In this document: piece after piece, positions 31,045 through 37,336 of the stretch
Numbering within the stretch: position 1 is the stretch's first letter
How the letters are laid out: each line of letters starts with the position of its first letter
Origin: a virus
Direction: 5' to 3' (one strand)
Length of the DNA stretch: 37,336 nt
IMG/VR virus record: IMGVR_UViG_3300025413_000005
The notes under the pieces: generated by a model
The model's input: the letters and a program-made list of their open reading frames with translations, nothing else
What the model was told of the DNA's origin: nothing
The model's database searches: none
Made by a program: the position numbers and the translations under genes

Positions 31045-32805
31045 ATGGCTACCAAAAGCGCCGCAACTGATCCCTTAAAGGTAGAGGGAGCCACCGAAAA
31101 ACAAGTCTCCATATCAACGCGCGTCAAACAGCGTTGGCAGCATCTCGACGGCAAAGCCTCCTACTGGATTAGCCAATGGCAGGAAATCGGCAGCTATATC
31201 ATGCCCCGCAAGGCGTATGTCACTTATTCGCGCTTGCCTGGTCCGATGCCCGACAAGGAGGCCCAGCTTTTTACTTCCCACGCGGCACGCGCTAACTCCA
31301 CGGCTGCACAAGGCGTCATGTCGCTTGTCTGCGACGTTCAGAAAGAATGGGTCAGCCTGGTAGCCCCTGAAGGCCTGGAAGATGCCGATGGCGTTTCTGA
31401 ATACTACGCCAAGTGTTCGGAAACCATGCTTCGAGAGCTATCGCGCTCCAATTTCTACAGCGAGTTCCTCGAGGTGAACATGGACAGGACTTGTTTTGGC
31501 ACTTCGGCATTCATTGTTGAAGAGGGCAAAGACGAAAACCTTGTCTTTGAAGTCTGGAATGTTGGCACATTCCGTGTCGCCCAAAACGCCGACCGCAAAG
31601 TTGACACGATCCTAGTTAAAAAAGAAATGACGGTCCGCCAGCTTGTGGACAAATACGGCCTAGAGAATGTCTCCCAGAAGAGCCGCGAAATCTTTCTTCA
31701 GAACGATGGAAAGAGCCTTGATACAGTCATCGACGTCCTCTTTGAGATCAGCCCACGCACCGAAAAGGAGCGAACCAAGGGCAAAAAAGACGCCCAGAAC
31801 AAGCCCATTGCCTCAATGCACATCGAGTATCAGGCCGGCAAGCTCTTGCTTAACAGCGGATACGACGAACAGCCCTTTTTCTGCACTCGCTACCTTCGCT
31901 TTGCCGCCGATGCCTACGGATGGAGCCCTTCTTGGCACGCCCTTCCCGATGCTCGGCAGCTCAACCTGATTCAGAAACAGAGTGATTCCATCATCGGGAT
32001 CATGCTTAACCCGCGCATTCTCATGCCGGAAAGCCTCGCCGGACGCCAGCCGGATCTTCGAGAGGGTGGCATTACTTATTACGACGAGTCCAATCCTCAG
32101 GCTGTCCCCAAGGAGTGGGGAACCATTGCCAATCCCGAACTAGCTGAAAAGCGCATCCAAGACCTGAAAGCCGACATTGACGACGCTTTCAACGTCCAGA
32201 TGTTCAAGATGTTTTCCCAGCTTGCCGCAAGTGGTAAAGAGCTCACGGCAACGCAGATCCGCGCCATGGATCAAGAAAAGATCACGTTCCTTTCTACGAC
32301 GTATTCACTCATCACGACAGAAGTGCTCATCCCGCTCGTTCACCGGGTATATGGCATTCTTTCACGCCGCGGCATGATGCCGCCTCCGCCGAAAGCGCTT
32401 GTTCAGCAAGCACGCGACGGGAGCGCTTTCATCCCTGAGCCCAAGATCATTTTTAACAACGCTCTAGCCGTTGCCCTAGAACAGCGTGAAGCCGACGCGA
32501 TTGATCCGGTGATCCAGGGAGCCATTGCCGTCGGCCAAGTGACCGGAGATTTCTCCGTCCTGGATAACTTCGACATGGATAAGATCGTACGAGAAAAGGC
32601 CCTTGCCAGTGGCGCTGATCCAGACTTTATGCGCGATCCTCAAGATGTAGCCAAAATGCGCCAGCAACGCGCCCAAGCACAGCAAGCAGCCGCCCAGCAA
32701 CAGCAACAGGCCCACCTTGCAAACGTGGCGCAAAAGCTTGGAGGGGTAAGCCCTGATTCGCCAATGGCCGGCCAGATCAAGCAACAAGTTCAACGTCATC
32801 TCTAA
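31045..32805 (+). CDS. Portal (head-tail connector) protein, T7 gp8-like
   Basis: TATQIRAMDQEKITFLSTTYSLITTEVLIPLVHRVYGIL aligns by eye with T7 gp8 TAEEIRYVASELEDTLGGVYSILSQELQLPLVRVLLKQL (recalled from memory). Q/A-rich C-terminus as in gp8. Confidence 0.9.
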   Translation: MATKSAATDPLKVEGATEKQVSISTRVKQRWQHLDGKASYWISQWQEIGSYIMPRKAYVTYSRLPGPMPDKEAQLFTSHAARANSTAAQGVMSLVCDVQKEWVSLVAPEGLEDADGVSEYYAKCSETMLRELSRSNFYSEFLEVNMDRTCFGTSAFIVEEGKDENLVFEVWNVGTFRVAQNADRKVDTILVKKEMTVRQLVDKYGLENVSQKSREIFLQNDGKSLDTVIDVLFEISPRTEKERTKGKKDAQNKPIASMHIEYQAGKLLLNSGYDEQPFFCTRYLRFAADAYGWSPSWHALPDARQLNLIQKQSDSIIGIMLNPRILMPESLAGRQPDLREGGITYYDESNPQAVPKEWGTIANPELAEKRIQDLKADIDDAFNVQMFKMFSQLAASGKELTATQIRAMDQEKITFLSTTYSLITTEVLIPLVHRVYGILSRRGMMPPPPKALVQQARDGSAFIPEPKIIFNNALAVALEQREADAIDPVIQGAIAVGQVTGDFSVLDNFDMDKIVREKALASGADPDFMRDPQDVAKMRQQRAQAQQAAAQQQQQAHLANVAQKLGGVSPDSPMAGQIKQQVQRHL

Positions 32806-33074
32806 TGAGCGAACCGGAAGAGGTATCAGACAATAGGAAAGCCGCATACGCGCTTTTTCTTCATCCCCAAGGCCCTGAGATCATCGCCGACTTAGAACGG
32901 CAATTCATGACCGATCAGCCATGTTTCCTTGCCGATAAAGAAGGAAAGCTCGACCCACTCAAGGCCATGGCGCGGGACGCACAGCGTTCACTAATCCTCT
33001 ATATCAAACGCGAGATCGCCAAGCATACGAGTCATGAAAACCCGAAAAAACACCGTAAAGCAAAGACAGGCTGA
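32805..33074 (+). CDS. Small hypothetical protein after portal
   Basis: 89 aa with TAATG overlap to the portal stop. Confidence 0.55.
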   Translation: MSEPEEVSDNRKAAYALFLHPQGPEIIADLERQFMTDQPCFLADKEGKLDPLKAMARDAQRSLILYIKREIAKHTSHENPKKHRKAKTG

Positions 33075-33231
33075 GATCCGCGAAACCGAGGACCACGAGG
33101 CCATTCAAGACGGCCTAGGTAATCACTATGACCACGAGGCGGAATATATCGCCTGGCATAAGGCCAACCATACCGAGGCCGAACACGCTCAATTTCTTGA
33201 GGTAGGCATTATCCCCACCCCAAGCAAATAA
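33034..33231 (+). CDS. Small His/Glu-rich hypothetical protein
   Basis: 65 aa. Overlaps the previous ORF by 41 nt. Fills the gap before the scaffold gene. Confidence 0.35.
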   Translation: MKTRKNTVKQRQAEIRETEDHEAIQDGLGNHYDHEAEYIAWHKANHTEAEHAQFLEVGIIPTPSK

Positions 33232-33258
33232 ACCCAACCCAAAAACCCCGTTAATCCA

Positions 33259-34179
33259 ATGAATAAGAAACGACTGATGATGTTCCTGAATGCCGATGCC
33301 GGAGCTGGCTCTGGTGGATCGGCTGAAGGTGGCGCTGCCGGAGCTGGTGGCGCTGGAGAAGGACAGGGAGGCGCTGGTGGTGCCGCCGGAACCGCAGGAG
33401 CTGGATCCAGTGAAGGAGCAGCCGCTTCTCCCTGGCAGCTTACCGAAAAAGGAGAGTTTGCCGACGGCTGGCTTGATCGCTTGCCTAAGGATTTCGAGGC
33501 AGACAAGCAAATCCTCGGGCAATACAAATCCCCCGAAGCCATTGCCAAAGCCCTTGTTCACACCAAAAAAATGAGCGGAAAGCTCGGTGAGGCCATTTTC
33601 ATGCCTGGTAAAGACGCCACCCCCGAAGAGGTGGCCGTTTTCCGTGCCAAGATGGGAGTTCCCGAGGCCGCTGATAAATACCCCACCGCCATTGAAGGGC
33701 TTAAACTCGATGAAGCCCAAATGAAAGAATTTGCCGGAATTGCTCACAAAGCCGGGCTAACACCCGCTCAGTTCAAAGACTTGGTGAGTTTTGAGGCGAC
33801 CCGCGCAAGCGCTATGGAGGCCAAACAAAAAGCCGACCTTGCTACCGCCGAGGAAACCCACCAAAAAGAGCTTTCTGCAGAATGGGGTGAAAAGTTTGCC
33901 CAGCGCGAAAACCAAATGAAGCGCGTGGCACAGCTTGCCGGCCTTCCCGCTGATCCCAAGGAGTGGACGCGCACCAACGTATCCCTGGCGCTTGCCCGGT
34001 ATGCCGATTTCTTGAGCGAAGATAAGCTTGTCGGAGTTGGAGGAGCGCCCACCCAGCAAACTGGTAAAGCTCTTGGCATGGACATCATCTCCAACAAGAA
34101 CAACCCCATGCACGAGAAGTACCTGAAGGGAGACCTAGAAACGCGGAAATACGTTACCCGCCTTTTGGACTCAAAATAA
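33259..34179 (+). CDS. Scaffolding protein
   Basis: Lies between portal and capsid as in T7 (gp9). Gly/Ala-rich disordered N-terminus, then charged helical sequence. No enzymatic motif. Confidence 0.7.
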   Translation: MNKKRLMMFLNADAGAGSGGSAEGGAAGAGGAGEGQGGAGGAAGTAGAGSSEGAAASPWQLTEKGEFADGWLDRLPKDFEADKQILGQYKSPEAIAKALVHTKKMSGKLGEAIFMPGKDATPEEVAVFRAKMGVPEAADKYPTAIEGLKLDEAQMKEFAGIAHKAGLTPAQFKDLVSFEATRASAMEAKQKADLATAEETHQKELSAEWGEKFAQRENQMKRVAQLAGLPADPKEWTRTNVSLALARYADFLSEDKLVGVGGAPTQQTGKALGMDIISNKNNPMHEKYLKGDLETRKYVTRLLDSK

Positions 34180-34210
34180 ATCCCCTCATAAAATCTGACG
34201 GACGGGGTCA

Positions 34211-34256
34211 GCCCCTCTCGTGGTTCCTATGAGCTGCGGGAGGGGTCATTTTTTGT
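34211..34256 (+). terminator. Intrinsic terminator after the scaffold gene
   Basis: gcccctctcg (34211-34220) pairs with cgggaggggt (34237-34246): 10 bp including 2 G-U pairs, 16-nt loop, followed by cattttttg. Confidence 0.6.
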
Positions 34257-34283
34257 CCAAGAGAAAAGATGTCCAATTTACTC

Positions 34284-34310
34284 TTGACGCACAGACACAT
34301 CCTGTAGTAT
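34284..34310 (+). promoter_or_regulatory. Candidate promoter for the capsid gene (TTGACG-15 nt-TAGTAT)
   Basis: TTGACG 34284-34289, TAGTAT 34305-34310. The spacer is short by E. coli rules. Host unknown. Confidence 0.3.
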
Positions 34311-34330
34311 CTGGACATCACAACCACCGA

Positions 34331-34402
34331 GGGAGTCCCCTAGCAATAGGGCCCGAGTAGGCGAGTTGAACCGATCAGATACCGGCCCCACTAGGGACTC
34401 CC
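34331..34402 (+). promoter_or_regulatory. Structured element in the capsid-gene leader (12-bp stem with one bulge enclosing a nested GC stem)
   Basis: gggagtcccctag (34331-34343) pairs with ctagggactccc (34391-34402) with C34337 bulged. Inner gggcc (34349-34353) pairs with ggccc (34384-34388). Confidence 0.4.
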
Positions 34403-34470
34403 GGAGGAAGACGGCCAACCATGAAACCGGCACCCAAACCCACACAACGGGTGCTTTTCCGCCTACTCCT

Positions 34471-35433
34471 ATGCCTAACCTCACGACTATTTCTGATTCC
34501 TATCGGATTCAATACGCCAACTCTTTTGAGCTGGCAGACCAGCAGATCGACAACCGTCTTGCCGACACGGTTGTAGTTAAACCCCAGATGGGCGCTTCGC
34601 TCCGCGAAAACCTCATCAATCCAACCACCTGGAGCAACAAAGGTGCTCGTGGCACCGCTACCGTCAACACGGACGTTATCATGCCAGTTCGTTGGGGCTT
34701 CTTCACTCAGTTTGACCATAGCTTCTGCATGGACGAGTTTGACGAGGTCAACCTCGGTATGCAGGTCAGCCCTACCGGCGATCTCATTCAGGACCAGACT
34801 GCCGGTTACAATCGTCTCCGTGACGATGTGATCATCGGCGCGGCCCTCAATGCGGCCACTCAGTCCACGGCCACCGCTACCAATGGTGGTATTCCTACCA
34901 CGACTAGCGTTGCCTTCGACACGACCAATCAGCTCATCAAAGCTGATCGCGTTCCTTTCGGCGGAACCAACGTCACCAGCGGCTTGACTCTCGACAAGGT
35001 CAAGTACACCAAGTTCAAGTTCGACAAGGCCGAGGTTTCGGCCGCTGATCGCTACTTTGTGATCAGCGCCGCAGAGATCCAGGATCTTTTGAACACGACC
35101 GAAATCAGCAACGCCCTTTACAACCAGGTCAAGGCTCTGGTCAAAGGTGAGATTGATTCCTTCCTTGGGTTCAAGTTCATCCACAGTGAGCGCCTTCCGC
35201 TCATCACCTCAACGACGAACACCGCCGGAGCTACCATCACTGGCAGCTTTCGCCAGTGCATCGCCTACTCCAAGCGGGCCCTTGTGTTCAGCGAAAGCCC
35301 CAAGGAGTTCCACATGGACATCCTGCCCACTCAGCAGCACGACCTTCAGTGCCGTGCCGCGGTGAGCCTGTCCGCCCTTCGCCGCCTCGATACCGGCGTT
35401 GTGCAGATCCAGACGGACACTTCCAAGCAGTAA
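34471..35433 (+). CDS. Major capsid protein (HK97 fold, T7 gp10-like position)
   Basis: First ATG in frame is 34471; the track's 34366 TTG start runs through the structured leader. 320 aa. Sits between the scaffold and tail tubular A genes. Confidence 0.85.
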   Translation: MPNLTTISDSYRIQYANSFELADQQIDNRLADTVVVKPQMGASLRENLINPTTWSNKGARGTATVNTDVIMPVRWGFFTQFDHSFCMDEFDEVNLGMQVSPTGDLIQDQTAGYNRLRDDVIIGAALNAATQSTATATNGGIPTTTSVAFDTTNQLIKADRVPFGGTNVTSGLTLDKVKYTKFKFDKAEVSAADRYFVISAAEIQDLLNTTEISNALYNQVKALVKGEIDSFLGFKFIHSERLPLITSTTNTAGATITGSFRQCIAYSKRALVFSESPKEFHMDILPTQQHDLQCRAAVSLSALRRLDTGVVQIQTDTSKQ

Positions 35434-35460
35434 TCCACTCGCCCAAGGCTCCTCTTCGTT

Positions 35461-36081
35461 ATGAAGGGGAGCCTTCGGGCAACTGCCATGGATCAGGTCA
35501 CTATCTGCAACCTTGCTCTTTCCAAACTCGGAGAGCAAAGCATCACGAGTCTGGATGACGGATCGCTAGAGGCCCGATTCTGTTCGCTTCATTACCCCGT
35601 TGTCCTTCAGCAAATCCTTTTGCTCAACAACTGGAATTTCGCCACCAAACAGGCGCAACTTACCCAGTTATCTTCGACGCCCCTTTTTGGTTGGAGTTAC
35701 GCCTACCAGCTCCCGGCGGATTATTCCCGCATGAACCAATTCAATGGGTTCAATCTTGGTGATTCCCTGCATTCCTACGAGATCCAGGGAAACACGCTTC
35801 TGACCAACGACGATCAGGCGCAAATCACCTACATCAGCAATTCCCCTGATCAATCCCTTTTTACTCCGGGCTTTTGCCGGGCTTTTGTCCTGCTTCTGGC
35901 TTCGGAATTGTGCAAGCCCCTGGCTGGCACCGAAAACCTCAAAACAGCCCTTCTTGCCGAGTTTAAAACCACGATGTCGGCGGCCAGTCAAATCGATTCC
36001 AACGATGAACGCCCGGCGCGCTTTAACTACATCGCCAATTCTTCATTGGTTCAGGCGCGATTCGTTCAGCCGATCCCCTAA
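35461..36081 (+). CDS. Tail tubular protein A / adaptor (T7 gp11-like)
   Basis: VTICNLALSKLGEQSITSLDDGSLEARFCSLHYPVVLQQILLLNNWNFA is the N-terminal pattern I associate with gp11-type proteins. The true start may be ATG 35488 (MDQVTICN). Confidence 0.75.
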   Translation: MKGSLRATAMDQVTICNLALSKLGEQSITSLDDGSLEARFCSLHYPVVLQQILLLNNWNFATKQAQLTQLSSTPLFGWSYAYQLPADYSRMNQFNGFNLGDSLHSYEIQGNTLLTNDDQAQITYISNSPDQSLFTPGFCRAFVLLLASELCKPLAGTENLKTALLAEFKTTMSAASQIDSNDERPARFNYIANSSLVQARFVQPIP

Positions 36082-36087
36082 ACGGCC

Positions 36088-37336
36088 ATGATGCACGACA
36101 TCATTTCCTCGTTCAACGGCGGGGAGTTTTCTCCTTACATCGCAAGCCGTACGTCCTTGGACAAGTACCGCAACGGGTGTAAACGGCTCGAGAACTTCCT
36201 CATCACGCCTTACGGGCCCGTCAACCGGCGTCCTGGCACTCAATTCATGGGTGCGGCCAAGCTGAGTGCGACGCGCTGCCGTCTTTTTGGTCTCAACCTT
36301 TCCGACGCCAACAAAATCGTCATGGAAATTGGAGTGGGCTACATCAGGTTTTGGAATGGTGGCAAAGCCCCCGGAGCAAGCCTTCAAACGTGGCAAGCGC
36401 CGATGACCTTCAATGGCATCAATTACGCTGCCGGAGCGCCTTTGGAAGCCGTGGGTATCACCGGCGCCTCCACTAATTCCTCCCCTGTATTCTCCTCGGG
36501 ATCCCCTCACCCCTACCAGGAGGCCGACCTCCGTGGCATCAACATTGCCCAGATTAACAACGTCGTCTATCTCACGCATCCCAATTACCCCCCGATGCGC
36601 CTTTCGTATTGGGCGAATACCCGTTCTTACTGGACTTCCGCCCCCGTCAATCCCCCTTGGACCATCGGGCCGGTTGCTTGGAAGTGGGCACCGATGCTGG
36701 ATCAGGATTATTCCTCCACCACGATTACGCCTTCGTCGATTTCAGGCGCACCCCTTGCCGGCGTTTCCTTTGCCTACTCATCGACCACGGTAACGGCCAC
36801 CAATGCAAATCACGGCCTAACAGTTGGAACATCCATCACTGTCAGCGGGGCTGCTTCGGCTTACAACGGAACGTGGACGGTGAACAATGTTCCGGATCAA
36901 AACACCTTTGTTTTTGTGGTTACTGACGCCCCATCGGGCGCATCCAGCGGAACTGTTGCTTATCAAATTCCAGCTTCTGCGGGATCTTCCATCACGCTTT
37001 CTGCAAGCGCTCCAGTTTGGTCAAGTGGTCACGTTGGCGCTTACTGGCAGCTAGACCAACCCAACCCCAGCGGCGCGAGCAACCTCTCTCTTTCTGCAAG
37101 CGGTCAATCCGGAAAAATTCAGGTTCAAGGATCTTGGGCGCTTCAGACTTTTGGAACTTGGTATGGAACCATTTACCTGGATCAGTCCTTGGACGGAGGA
37201 TCTTCCTGGTCAACCATTCGCAGTTACTACAGCAACGGCGATTACAACCCTACTGACAACGGCACAGCAACCGGATTGGGTGGAGGGTATCAAATCCTTC
37301 CTTACTTCCGTGTGCGCTTTGTGGCCGGTTCAGGCA
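36088..37336 (+). CDS. Tail tubular protein B / nozzle-like protein, N-terminal part (continues at nt 128 of the window; full gene 903 codons)
   Basis: ATG 36088. The frame stays open to the window end. MMHDIISSFNGGEFSPY...LENFLITPYGPVNRRPGTQF. Contains an insert TVTATNANHGLTVGTSITVSGAASAYNGTWTVNNVPDQNTFVF typical of small beta-barrel insertions in such proteins. Confidence 0.8.
   Translation, partial: MMHDIISSFNGGEFSPYIASRTSLDKYRNGCKRLENFLITPYGPVNRRPGTQFMGAAKLSATRCRLFGLNLSDANKIVMEIGVGYIRFWNGGKAPGASLQTWQAPMTFNGINYAAGAPLEAVGITGASTNSSPVFSSGSPHPYQEADLRGINIAQINNVVYLTHPNYPPMRLSYWANTRSYWTSAPVNPPWTIGPVAWKWAPMLDQDYSSTTITPSSISGAPLAGVSFAYSSTTVTATNANHGLTVGTSITVSGAASAYNGTWTVNNVPDQNTFVFVVTDAPSGASSGTVAYQIPASAGSSITLSASAPVWSSGHVGAYWQLDQPNPSGASNLSLSASGQSGKIQVQGSWALQTFGTWYGTIYLDQSLDGGSSWSTIRSYYSNGDYNPTDNGTATGLGGGYQILPYFRVRFVAGSG
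37210..37336. repeat. Terminal overlap copy B (identical to 1-127)
   Basis: Same 127 nt as the window start. Most likely an assembly overlap of a circular contig. Confidence 0.97.

Larger units (their letters stand above)
1..37336 (+). mobile_element. Complete temperate phage genome (T7-like virion module plus lambdoid-style integration/recombination/replication modules); unique length 37,209 nt
   Basis: Terminase, portal, scaffold, capsid, tail, ejection, lysis, attP/integrase, recombination and replication modules fill the whole window on one strand. Identical 127-nt ends close the circle. Confidence 0.85.

Noticed and set aside
33115-33747. Long minus-strand ORFs (33115..33747, 29086..29832, 34375..35184, 4402..5067, 36043..36579, 26566..27117 and others).
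   Set aside because: Each lies entirely antisense to a + strand gene with clear family motifs (scaffold, terL, capsid, internal proteins, tail B, DnaC-like). The translations are low-complexity or Arg/Gly-rich shadows, and no intergenic space or start context supports them.
1651-34319. GGACATC heptamer as a phage-specific promoter/initiation motif. It occurs next to gene-block boundaries at 1651, 11851, 30561 and 34313, each just after a -10-like A/T hexamer.
   Set aside because: The same heptamer also occurs inside genes (e.g. 14244, 28872, 34080, 35316). The -35 regions are inconsistent, so the pattern is not specific enough.
34366-34470. N-terminal extension of the major capsid ORF (TTG 34366), and an out-of-frame ORF from ATG 34421 preceded by GGAGGA.
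   Set aside because: The extension reads through the structured leader and is Thr/Arg/Pro-rich filler. The 34421 ORF (~50 aa) overlaps the capsid start and translates to implausible hydrophobic sequence. Both were noted only as part of the leader finding.
35256-35558. T7 10A/10B-style -1 frameshift extending the capsid protein; the -1 frame is open across the capsid stop.
   Set aside because: No X-XXY-YYZ slippery heptamer or downstream structure near the 3-prime end of the capsid gene. The -1 frame translation is Pro/Arg/His-rich and looks non-coding.

Overview
This 37,336-nt window holds one complete phage genome. Nt 1-127 are identical to nt 37210-37336, so the unique sequence is 37,209 nt and the molecule is circular or circularly permuted. 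One gene (tail tubular protein B-like, 36088 -> 1590) crosses the junction. Every convincing gene is on the + strand. Genes are tightly packed, with many ATGA/GTGA/TAATG stop-start overlaps, and almost none has a Shine-Dalgarno motif.

Gene order:
- T7-like virion module: portal 31045, scaffold 33259, major capsid 34471, tail tubular A 35461, tail tubular B 36088->1590. Internal/ejection proteins span 1631-11793 and include a 2316-aa giant with HExxH zincin and RadC/JAB domains. A gp17-like tail fibre at 11866 ends in an RCC1-type propeller, and a second Big_2/CBM-like tail protein starts at 14877.
- Lysis cassette 16562-18348: holin-like protein, two lipoproteins, membrane protein, GH108-type endolysin.
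- attP with a tRNA 3-prime fragment (about 18416-18568) and tyrosine integrase at 18572.
- An AT-rich membrane moron, two tandem ribbon-helix-helix regulators bracketed by a 15-bp palindrome, and an excisionase-like HTH.
- Recombination module: Cas4/RecB-like nuclease, Sak4-like ATPase, SSB-like protein ending DDIPF, RusA.
- Replication module: initiator with internal iterons and a DnaC-like loader.
- Small unknown genes, then terminase small and large subunits (28178, 28672).

I saw no phage RNA polymerase, DNA polymerase, complete tRNA, CRISPR array or reverse transcriptase.

Most worth a second look: the polyvalent giant ejection protein with an active plus a degenerate JAB domain; a 72-residue strictly alternating (X-Gly)36 gene built from only four codons; the RHH pair separated by a single-base frame offset at an A5 run; an apparently circularly permuted Cas4-like nuclease; and 10-bp-phased repeats in attP and inside the replication initiator gene.

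All family assignments come from motif recognition by eye and memory. No database search was possible. The host is unknown.
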